From NCBI GenBank assembly GCA_963803975.1, contig CAWDOY010000037.1:1-61021 (forward strand): DNA of 61,021 nt, in the 5' to 3' direction. The translations under genes and the position numbers were made by a program. This document shows positions 52,711-61,021 of the stretch, piece by piece; positions within the stretch are counted from its first letter, which is position 1; every line of letters starts with the position of its first letter. The notes under the pieces were generated by a model, which saw nothing but the letters and a program-made list of their open reading frames with translations, was not told the origin of the DNA and did no database searches. Source of the DNA: an uncultured delta proteobacterium (lineage in GTDB: Bacteria; Desulfobacterota; WTBG01; CAIYCZ01).

Positions 52711-55320
52711 ATGCGCCTTGATAAACTGACCATTAAATCCCAGGAAGCTCTGCAGGAAGCACAACACCTTGCTGAGAAATACCAGCATCAGCAGATAGAG
52801 CCTGAACATCTGCTGGAAGCAGCACTTAAACAGGATGGCGGCATTGCGCAGCCGATGCTTAAAAAGCTCGGCGCTGACCCTGCAATTATATTAAATCGCC
52901 TTGACGCTGCGCTTAAAAAACTGCCCAGGGTCGAAGGCACTGTTGAGACCTACATCTCGCCGCGCACTAAAAAAGTGATTGACGCTGCCTCGAAAGAAGC
53001 GCAGCGCCTGAATGATGAATACGTAAGCATTGAGCATCTGCTTATTGCCATAACCGAAGAGCGGGGCTCAGAAGCGGCTAAAATCCTCTCCTCTCTTGGT
53101 GTCACCCGGGATGCCGTTTTCAGGGTACTGACTGAAATCCGCGGCTCGCAGCGCGTCACCGACCAGAACCCCGAGGAAAAGTATCAGGCCCTGCAGCGCT
53201 ATTCGCGCGACCTGACGGAGCAGGCCCGCAAGGGAAAGCTTGACCCGGTAATCGGCCGCGACACGGAAATCAGGCGGGTCATCCAGGTGCTCTCGCGCAG
53301 GACCAAAAACAACCCGGTATTGATCGGCGAGCCGGGCGTGGGTAAGACCGCCATAGTTGAAGGCCTTGCCCAGAGAATTATAAACGGTGATGTGCCGGAA
53401 GGTTTGAAAAACAAGCGCCTCGTGGCCCTTGACATGGGGTCGCTGCTTGCCGGCGCCAAGTACCGCGGCGAATTTGAAGACCGGCTGAAAGCGGTTCTTA
53501 AGGAAATTGAGGAAGCAAGCGGTGAAATCATTCTGTTCATTGACGAGCTGCACACGGTTGTGGGCGCGGGAGCTGCTGAAGGCGCCATCGACGCTTCCAA
53601 CATGCTCAAGCCCGCCCTCGCCCGGGGAGAGCTTCGCTGCGTGGGGGCCACGACCCTCAACGAGTACCGCAAATATGTTGAGAAAGACGCGGCCCTTGAG
53701 CGCAGGTTTCAGCCGGTGCTGGTCGGCGAGCCCACGGTTGAGGACACCATATCAATACTTCGCGGGCTGAAAGAGCGCTACGAAGTGCATCACGGCGTGC
53801 GCATCATTGACGCTGCGATTGTTGCTGCCGCCACCCTCTCCCACCGCTACATCTCAGACCGGTTTCTCCCTGACAAGGCCATCGATCTGATTGACGAGGC
53901 AGCGTCGGGCCTGCGCATGGAAATTGACAGCCTACCCGGTGAAATTGACGAGGTGCAGAGAAAGCTGATGCAGATGGAAATTGAACGGGAGGCTTTAAAG
54001 AAGGAAAAGGACAAGGCATCACAGGAGCGCATTGAAAAGCTGAACAAGGAGATAGCAGCGCTCAAAGAGCAGTGTGATGAGATGAAACTGCACTGGCTTC
54101 GGGAAAAGGAAACGATTCAGTCCATCCGGAACATAAAAGAAAAGATTGAAGAAGCTAAGAGCGAAGAACAGCGCGCCGAGCGTACCGGTGATCTTGGCAC
54201 GGTTGCACAGATACGCTATGGTACCCATGTCGAGCTGCAGAAGAAGCTTGAGGATGAGAATAATAAACTGGCCGTGCTGCAGAAAGACCGGCAGATGCTT
54301 AAAGAAGAAGTCGATGCTGAAGACATTGCGGAAGTGGTTGCCAAGTGGACCAATATCCCGGTATCGCGCATGATGGAAAGCGAGCTGCAGAAGCTGGTGC
54401 ACATGGAAGAGCGGCTCAAAAAACGCGTGGTCGGGCAGGACGAGGCAATCACGTTTGTTTCCAATGCCGTGCGCCGGGCCCGCTCCGGCATCCAGGACCC
54501 CAACCGGCCTCTGGGCTCGTTCATATTTCTCGGCCCTACCGGTGTAGGGAAAACCGAGCTGGGGCGCGCGCTGGCTGAATTTCTCTTTGATGACGAGCAG
54601 GCCATGGTCAGGCTCGACATGTCCGAATACATGGAAAAGCACACCGTGGCGCGGCTCATTGGCGCCCCTCCGGGCTATGTGGGCTACGAAGAAGGCGGGC
54701 AGCTCACGGAAGCGGTGCGGCGTAAGCCCTACGCAGTGATTTTGTTTGACGAGGTTGAAAAGGCCCACCCCGAGGTGTTTAACGTGCTGCTGCAGGTTCT
54801 TGACGACGGCAGGCTGACCGACGGCCAGGGCAGGACCGTAGATTTTAAAAACACCATCATCATCATGACCTCAAACCTGGGCAGCCAGTTTATGGAGGAG
54901 AAGAACGAGCAAAAGAAGCGCGATCTGGTGATGGACGTGGTGCGCCACACCTTCAAGCCGGAATTTCTCAACCGCGTTGACGAGATTGTGCTCTTCAACA
55001 GCCTGGGTATGGAGCAGATCACGTTTATCGTGGACATTCAGCTTGCCCTGCTGCAGAAGCGCCTTGCCGACCGGAAGCTCTCCTTCTCACTCACTGACCG
55101 TGCTAAAGAGTTCATTGTCCAGCACGGCTATGACCCGGTCTATGGCGCGCGGCCGCTCAAGCGGGCGATCCAGCACTATATCCAGGACCCGCTGGCGCTG
55201 AAAATACTCGAAGGGGAATTCCGGGAAGGCGATACGGTCAGCATCGACCTTGACCGCACCGCGCAAACGCTCTCTTTTGAAACTGCAGGCAAAAAGCGGG
55301 CTGCCCGCAGCGCAGGCTGA
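52711..55320 (+). CDS. clpB: ATP-dependent chaperone ClpB
   Basis: Clp N domains, GEPGVGKT, long middle coiled coil, [17 protein letters not shown]; 869 aa. Confidence 0.97.
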   Translation: MRLDKLTIKSQEALQEAQHLAEKYQHQQIEPEHLLEAALKQDGGIAQPMLKKLGADPAIILNRLDAALKKLPRVEGTVETYISPRTKKVIDAASKEAQRLNDEYVSIEHLLIAITEERGSEAAKILSSLGVTRDAVFRVLTEIRGSQRVTDQNPEEKYQALQRYSRDLTEQARKGKLDPVIGRDTEIRRVIQVLSRRTKNNPVLIGEPGVGKTAIVEGLAQRIINGDVPEGLKNKRLVALDMGSLLAGAKYRGEFEDRLKAVLKEIEEASGEIILFIDELHTVVGAGAAEGAIDASNMLKPALARGELRCVGATTLNEYRKYVEKDAALERRFQPVLVGEPTVEDTISILRGLKERYEVHHGVRIIDAAIVAAATLSHRYISDRFLPDKAIDLIDEAASGLRMEIDSLPGEIDEVQRKLMQMEIEREALKKEKDKASQERIEKLNKEIAALKEQCDEMKLHWLREKETIQSIRNIKEKIEEAKSEEQRAERTGDLGTVAQIRYGTHVELQKKLEDENNKLAVLQKDRQMLKEEVDAEDIAEVVAKWTNIPVSRMMESELQKLVHMEERLKKRVVGQDEAITFVSNAVRRARSGIQDPNRPLGSFIFLGPTGVGKTELGRALAEFLFDDEQAMVRLDMSEYMEKHTVARLIGAPPGYVGYEEGGQLTEAVRRKPYAVILFDEVEKAHPEVFNVLLQVLDDGRLTDGQGRTVDFKNTIIIMTSNLGSQFMEEKNEQKKRDLVMDVVRHTFKPEFLNRVDEIVLFNSLGMEQITFIVDIQLALLQKRLADRKLSFSLTDRAKEFIVQHGYDPVYGARPLKRAIQHYIQDPLALKILEGEFREGDTVSIDLDRTAQTLSFETAGKKRAARSAG

Positions 55321-55331
55321 GGCCTGGTTTT

Positions 55332-55361
55332 GGACGCAGATTATCGCGGATGTTCAGGATC
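55332..55361. repeat. 30-bp dispersed repeat, copy 3 (reverse orientation)
   Basis: Reverse complement GATCCTGAACATCCGCGATAATCTGCGTCC. Confidence 0.8.
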
Positions 55362-55506
55362 ACATAAATAGAACAGGCAGGGCTTAAATGTTCCTGTCTG
55401 TTTAAAATATCCGCCACAGAACACACAGAATTACACCATTCACTCCCTCGCTCACAAAGAAGTCTGGTGGGAAATATGCACTTGTTACTCAGCACTCAGT
55501 ACTGCA

Positions 55507-55558
55507 CCTGCGGTGAGCCGGTGCCCTATTCACCTCTTGACTGATTCACCCATTCACC
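55507..55558 (-). repeat. REP-like composite repeat; inverted partner of 52431-52483
   Basis: CCTGCGGTGAGCCGGTGCCCTATTCACCTCTTGACTGATTCACCCATTCACC. Confidence 0.75.
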
Positions 55559-55661
55559 AATTAACCGTTTTCACCCTTGTATAATCAGTTCATAAGAAAG
55601 CAAAAATCTGTTAAGGTGTTTACGGCAAAGTTTGACATTACAGAGGTTGTAACTCCGACAC

Positions 55662-56363
55662 ATGATACCCCTTAAAGATACCATTCCCTCACGCACCTTT
55701 CCGTTTGTCAATTACACCATCATACTGCTCAATCTCTTGTTCTTTCTCTATCAAATCTCCCTCGGGCCTCATCTGGAGAAGTTTCTGTATGCCTGGGGCG
55801 TCGTGCCGGCACAATTCTTTGCCCCGTTGTCTATCGGACATCTGCATCTTTCTCAAAGAATCCTGCCCCTGTTTACCTCAATGTTTTTACATGGCGGGTG
55901 GCTCCATTTCCTGGGCAATATGCTCTACCTCTACATTTTCGGGGACAATGTGGAAGACCGGCTCGGCCACGCCCGCTACTTGTTATTCTACCTGCTGTGC
56001 GGCGTGCTGGCGGCTGCCGTGCACCTGCTTACCAATACCGGATCACGCGTCCCTACCATCGGCGCAAGCGGCGCTATTGCCGGCGTGATGGGCGCATACT
56101 TTTTCCTGTTTCCCTATGCCCGCGTGGTGACGCTTATCATCGTTATCTTTTTCGTTGATGTTGTGGAGATCCCGGCGTTTTTCTTTCTCGCCTTCTGGTT
56201 CATCCTGCAGTTTTTGAATGGCACGGTCTCGTTCGGCGCACAGGATGCACTGTCCGGCGGAGTGGCCTGGTGGGCTCATATCGGCGGGTTTATGTCCGGG
56301 ATTGTTCTGCTGTTCGCCTTCGGCGTGCGCAGGACAGCGCGCAGAGCCTGGCTTTACCGTTAA
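55662..56363 (+). CDS. Rhomboid intramembrane serine protease
   Basis: FLHGGWLH..GNM, GASG, AHIGGF. Confidence 0.95.
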   Translation: MIPLKDTIPSRTFPFVNYTIILLNLLFFLYQISLGPHLEKFLYAWGVVPAQFFAPLSIGHLHLSQRILPLFTSMFLHGGWLHFLGNMLYLYIFGDNVEDRLGHARYLLFYLLCGVLAAAVHLLTNTGSRVPTIGASGAIAGVMGAYFFLFPYARVVTLIIVIFFVDVVEIPAFFFLAFWFILQFLNGTVSFGAQDALSGGVAWWAHIGGFMSGIVLLFAFGVRRTARRAWLYR

Positions 56364-57289
56364 TCAACCGTAAAGACAATTGCCGCGTAGCTTACCGAGG
56401 TGTCAAAATCTCCGGTGAGGTCGCCGGAGGTGTAGTAGCTGAGAAGCTTTCCCTGTGCAGCGGGGGGAAGCAGCTTCAGCACCATGCCGATGGGCCTGGT
56501 GCCGCAGATGGTGGCTCCGGTCTCATCCACATAGGAGAGGAAGCCCTTGAAATCCTTTGCCAGGATTTTATCAATGGCGCCGTTGTCAAGTTTTTTCAGG
56601 TTCTCGCGGGGATGGTCTTTGAACGGCTGATAGCCAAAGCGAATGCCGTAGTGGGTGAAATCAGAGCTTGCCACGACGACAGTACTGCTATCAAGGTATG
56701 GCGCGAGGGCCTGCGCCGCGTCTGCATATTCCTTTGAAGAAAGCTCTCCCACCACCAGCGGCACCAGGGTAAATTCACCGAGCGCCACCTGGAGAAACGG
56801 CAGCTGCATTTCCAGAGAATGCTCCTGAAGCTCTGCCTGGCGCGGCCCTTTAAAAAGAGCATTCTTATAGAGAGCATCCGATATTCCCCGGTCAACTTTT
56901 ATCCTGCCGATGGGTGTCTCATAGAAGTCTTCAGCAGAGGTTGCAATGCCCCGGAAGCCTGCGTAATGTGAGGGGCCGAGCACAATAACCCGCGTAATCT
57001 TTTTACCGCGCAGCAGTTTATAGCCGCAGGCTGCTGCCTGCCCGGAGTATTGAATGCCCGCATGCGGCGAGATAAGGGCAAAGACGCGGCCTTTCACCGC
57101 AGGGGGCTGAGCCAGAGAAAAATAGTCCTCAACCTGCTTGACTAATTTCTGTTTATCTCCCGGATACCATGTGCCTGCAATTGGTGATTTTCTCACGTTG
57201 CCCTCCCCGAAGCATGCACCATTATAGCATGCTAAGATAAAAGTACATAGAAAGATGCCCGCAATAACCCTGCCCATTGTCCGTACCAC
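56360..57289 (-). CDS. AmmeMemoRadiSam system protein B (MEMO1 family) with N-terminal signal-like extension
   Basis: R.S.IAGTWYP, PHAG..YSG, GPSH, EHSLE.QLPFLQ, SSDFTHYG, TICG, TSGD, VSYA. Confidence 0.9.
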   Translation of the reverse strand: MVRTMGRVIAGIFLCTFILACYNGACFGEGNVRKSPIAGTWYPGDKQKLVKQVEDYFSLAQPPAVKGRVFALISPHAGIQYSGQAAACGYKLLRGKKITRVIVLGPSHYAGFRGIATSAEDFYETPIGRIKVDRGISDALYKNALFKGPRQAELQEHSLEMQLPFLQVALGEFTLVPLVVGELSSKEYADAAQALAPYLDSSTVVVASSDFTHYGIRFGYQPFKDHPRENLKKLDNGAIDKILAKDFKGFLSYVDETGATICGTRPIGMVLKLLPPAAQGKLLSYYTSGDLTGDFDTSVSYAAIVFTVD

Positions 57290-57361
57290 GTAAGTAATTA
57301 TTGTTATTACTTATTATAGTATATCGCTTGCAGTATCTGCAACAAAACGCCTGCTGCAGGG

Positions 57362-58123
57362 CTATTTATTTCTCTCCCAGCGCTGATATATGCCTGCGTT
57401 CTCACCCGCCAGATTGGTGTCAAAATAGACGATTTCTGAAGGGCTTATTCTGATGAGGTCAAATCGCAGCACCGCCCGTTCCTTGCTCAGCCGGGCTAAA
57501 TGGTATTTATCAATAATAGTGCTATAGCGCGGATCACCTGACGGTATCACTTCAGCGCTCCCCCTGACCTGCACGCTCTTCCACTCCTTTTTCCCGCCGC
57601 CGGCCACGGTCCATCCTGCATAGTGCACTGCGCAGATTTTCGGATTCTGTTTAATCTGATACAGTTTTTCCGTCCCTTTTTCACATACCACGTAGAACAC
57701 TTTTTCATTTTTATCCAAAACCATATCCACGGTGGTAGCGGTCGGTTCATTATTATAAACCGTGGACAGCGCAAACCGCTCTCTTCCCGGTAAAAAGGCT
57801 TCTATCTTTTTCCACACTGCTTCATTCTTTAATTGCGGGTAGTTATTGAGATACTGCTTCGTTGAGCTGGTTATAGCGTCAAAGGTTACTTTGTGGCACT
57901 CTACGCAGACCATTCCGCGGCCATACGGCGGATGCTTTTTTGATAACACCTGGTCTGCTGTAATAGGCCGCCCCTCTTGTATGGTGAAGGCCTCCTCTGC
58001 CTTGCCGGCACTGCTTTTGGCGTCTGCCGGTGCGGCTGCCTGCTCTGCACAGCACAGTGCCGGATAAATAACAAGCAACGAAACTATCGTGTGCGCCAGG
58101 ATCGTGCGCAGTCTTTTCTTCAT
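57362..58123 (-). CDS. Secreted protein with CxxCH motif fused to pyridoxamine-5'-phosphate-oxidase-like split barrel
   Basis: AAGGAG RBS + ATG 58123; signal peptide; MVCVECHK; ALSTVYNNEP, K..QIKQNPKI, SVQVRGSA. Confidence 0.75.
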   Translation of the reverse strand: MKKRLRTILAHTIVSLLVIYPALCCAEQAAAPADAKSSAGKAEEAFTIQEGRPITADQVLSKKHPPYGRGMVCVECHKVTFDAITSSTKQYLNNYPQLKNEAVWKKIEAFLPGRERFALSTVYNNEPTATTVDMVLDKNEKVFYVVCEKGTEKLYQIKQNPKICAVHYAGWTVAGGGKKEWKSVQVRGSAEVIPSGDPRYSTIIDKYHLARLSKERAVLRFDLIRISPSEIVYFDTNLAGENAGIYQRWERNK

Positions 58124-58280
58124 AGAATCTCCTTGCATCATGTCTCCACAGAAAACAAACAATAAAAAAGAGAAGCTGTCTCTCGACATGCCCGCTCCAT
58201 TGCCGGCAACGTGCACGTCGTAAGATAACTTCTCTTCATTAGTATATCACAGCTTCTGCTATAGTCGCTGAATGTTTCAG

Positions 58281-59343
58281 CTAAAAATCTGCCAGCCCGA
58301 ATTCCTGCATGTCATAGCTGAACCCGGAAATAACTTTCCAGTTCTTTCCTCCATCCTTTGATTCAGCCACCGTGCCCATGGCACCAACAACAAAACCGTT
58401 ATTCTCATCACAAAATGCAATCTGGCGCAGCCAGAACTTTGATTTTATAGCGCTTCTGTTCGCACTCCAGGTATTCCCGCCGTCCTCCGAGGTCAGATAG
58501 GTCCCCTTGTTGCCGACCGCCCAGCCCCTCTTTTCCTTCACCAGTATCGAATAAATCGGTTTATCAGCTACCGGAGGGAAGCTTCGTCCAGGTCTGCCCG
58601 CCGTCCGTTGTTTTAATAATCACCCCGTCCATGCCGGTAATCCACCCTTGATTTCTGTCAAGGAAAAATATGCCGTACAGGGCCGGCTTTGGACGGTCCC
58701 ACTCTTTTGCGGTTACGACGGGAATTATGTCCTTGCACTCCTGCGGCGTCCAGGTCGTGCCGCCGTCTGCTGTATGCAGAATGGTGCCGAACTCACCGAC
58801 AACCCACCCTGTTTGCGGGTCAGCGAAAAACACATTGTTATAGAGCGCGTCATTGGGCTCAATCTGCTTGGCCCAGGTTTTTCCTCCATCGCCGGTGTGG
58901 ATAATGGTCCCGTATTCTCCGACCGCCCACCCGTTCTGAGCATCAAGGAAGAAGACGTTGAAGAGGTCCTTCCCAGTATCGCTTGCCTGCTTTTCCCAGG
59001 TCTTGCCGCCGTCGCTTGTGTGTATGACCGTGCCAGCCACGCCCACAGCCCACCCTTCGTTCACACTTACAAACGCCGCATCCCCCAGCAGCACGTCAAC
59101 GCCGCTCTCCTGCCTGTTCCAGGTGCTTCCTCCATCGGAGCTGAAAAATATGGTCCCGTAGTTTCCAAAAATCCAGGTGTGGGTGTTATCGAGACATATC
59201 ACCGAGTGGAGGTTATCAGAGGTGATGAAATGTATCTTCGGCATGGCTATTTTAGAGCGGTCGAATTTTTCACATGCGGACAGGATGAACAGCGCCATCA
59301 CCAAACCAAGAACGAAGGAGCATGATTTAATTTTCAATAGCAT
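58281..59343 (-). CDS. Ycf48/BNR-repeat beta-propeller lipoprotein (frameshift near 58565)
   Basis: Lipobox LSAC; repeated GWAVG..GTI.HT.DGG.TW. Confidence 0.9.
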
Positions 59344-59396
59344 AGTCTGTGCACTTTCTTTGATGGAATAATCCCTGCTGTCACCTTAACAACCTA

Positions 59397-60677
59397 TTAG
59401 TAGGCCTTTTCTTTAAGCGCCGAAGTCTGGTACTGCTTATTCGGTATATTGCCGCCGATAACTTGCTTGGTATATTTGCTCGGGCTGCCGTGGTGCCGGA
59501 TAAAATCAATGGTATGCTCGGCGCTCATATAGGCTGCTTTTTGCCCTTGAACGGTTGGATACTCATTATAAAACATTTCGTAGGTTTTCCACAGTTCCCC
59601 CTGCCGGTTGTACATAATTTTGAAAGTTCATCTGCCAGTTTTCCGGATCAAGGTACCAGATCTGTTTGGAATAAATATAGTCCTTATCTTTACTTACAAC
59701 CTCGACTACCCAGTTATTCACCCGCTCTCTCTGCACCCCGTTCCAGAAGCCCTGGCCCGTGACCCGCTGCAGGCTTTTATGATCCTCGTGGCGCGAAACC
59801 AGCAGGTCAGCCCTGCCTATTGCCTTGTAGGTATTGCGGATGGGAGAGGTGTACCAGCCGTCGTGATCATCATAGACCATGTCCGTGCCGTCAATGGTGT
59901 CGGTCCGCTGGCTGGTCGCATAGCGCCTGATCCTGCGGAACATGGCGGTATAGACCCACAGGTCTTCCTCTCTTGTCTGGTCCTTATAACGGATTTCAAG
60001 CATGGTCGTATCCACAAAATCAACCGGCGCAATATGGCGCTGGAAGTATGAGTGGAAAATACCCCGGTTATTCTCACTCATCGGGAATTTTAGGTATCGG
60101 CGCTACATCAGTGCGGCCCATCCAGAAGGTGTCCCAGCGCAGGTGGCCGGCATGGCGCTCAAGCCTGGTCCTGCAGTCAACCACCTCGCCCTCATTCGTG
60201 CAAGTATGGGTGTCACCACGGGTATTGCTGTCAATATTCCATGCCATCTCCGTCCCGTTCTTCGGTTGGGGAAATGGTATGCCGGCAACATCGCCGAATT
60301 TATCCAGCACGTCCTGGTTAACAATTTTGCTGTCAGGCGCGTATTTTTTTGTCGCTTCAATCATTCCCTTTGGATACGGTATAGGGCCGGTACGGCACCA
60401 CTTCAAACCACAGCGCGTCAACGCCCACGACCTTGGGATTTTTCATTGCCTTGTAAACCGGCTCGGAGAGAAAGTCCTTGACCTGGTCAATAGTCTCGGT
60501 GGTGACTTTTTTCCCTACCCAGGTCTTTTCCCACTCGCGCACTTTTGCCAGCTCCTGGTCGTTATAGCTGGAGGTGGGATAGGTGATTTCTCCCGCTCCG
60601 CAGAGCGCCGGCACGCTTAAAGCAAGTATCGTTAACAGAGTAAAAACGGTTGACACATAACATCTTTTCCTGATCAT
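59397..60677 (-). CDS. DUF1329 family periplasmic protein (about 3 frameshifts)
   Basis: Signal peptide; AGIPFP.PKNG.EMAWN, D.WVY..FRRIRR, IDGTD...DD, YN..GELWK. Confidence 0.85.
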
Positions 60678-60737
60678 AACTGTCCTCCTGTTCTCCTGAT
60701 GATTGAAAAATTAGTATTATCAACACCTGTTAAAATT

Positions 60738-60892
60738 GATGGCCTCGTAAAAAGTAGAAAAACCTCCCTCTCCCTTGACGGGAGAGGGTTGGGGTGAGGG
60801 TGATAAACAAGTAATTACAGAATATTATTGATCCCCCTCCCCTTAATCCCCTCCCGCCAGGGGAGGGGAAATTGACTTTTTACGGCTTCGTC
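60738..60892. mobile_element. MITE with 6-bp target-site duplication carrying REP-like palindromes
   Basis: Imperfect TIRs GATGGCCTCGTAAAAAGT / ACTTTTTTACGGCTTCGTC; AAAATT at 60732-60737 and 60893-60898; internal CCCTCTCCC..GGGAGAGGG and CCCCTCCC..GGGGAGGGG. Confidence 0.8.
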
Positions 60893-61021
60893 AAAATTCA
60901 TAGCCCACTCTGATATATACCCCGTCATTATGCTTTGCCTGGGCTTCGCGGGCATCCCAGATGTTATGCGCCTGGAAAAACATGTAGCCGGCTTCATAGC
61001 GGAAATGCGCGCCGGGTGTAT
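60891..61021 (-). CDS. C-terminus of an outer-membrane beta-barrel, probably DUF1302 family (5' part outside window)
   Basis: ...FRYEAGYMFF...DGVYIRVGYEF* (terminal Phe signature); directly upstream of DUF1329. Confidence 0.7.
   Translation of the reverse strand, partial: TPGAHFRYEAGYMFFQAHNIWDAREAQAKHNDGVYIRVGYEF

Noticed and set aside
60815..60997. 60-aa minus-strand ORF
   Set aside because: Out-of-frame read of the beta-barrel 3' end running into the MITE palindromes.

Overview
Chromosomal segment from an anaerobic Gram-negative bacterium. Gene content (sigma-54 two-component system, pilMNOPQ followed by aroC-aroB-aroQ, Rex, DUF1302-DUF1329-Ycf48 cluster, periodic intergenic repeats) is most consistent with a deltaproteobacterium (Desulfobacterota); this is an inference. 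About 20 genes are split by single-base frameshifts, most likely long-read indel errors, so many CDS calls are stitched from several ORF-track fragments. No rRNA, tRNA, CRISPR array or intact transposase was seen. Highlights: (1) a translationally coupled, methanogen-like comA-comB-comD-comE operon (coenzyme M / sulfoacetaldehyde pathway) lacking comC, inside a run with queH, two radical SAM genes and an unannotated 28-aa K/R-rich peptide; (2) a P3-less (tungsten-type) Moco riboswitch ahead of moaA, a P-loop gene and DUF1786; (3) a rex-serC-serA-serA-lctP / DUF1015 divergon with two clear Rex operators and no serB; (4) a secreted CxxCH + FMN-binding split-barrel protein in the DUF1302/DUF1329/Ycf48 cluster; (5) two paralogous DUF2892-cNMP membrane proteins plus a REC-nucleotidyl cyclase; (6) two MITEs inserted exactly at stop codons and several periodic intergenic repeat families. 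Family assignments come from motif recognition only; no searches were run.
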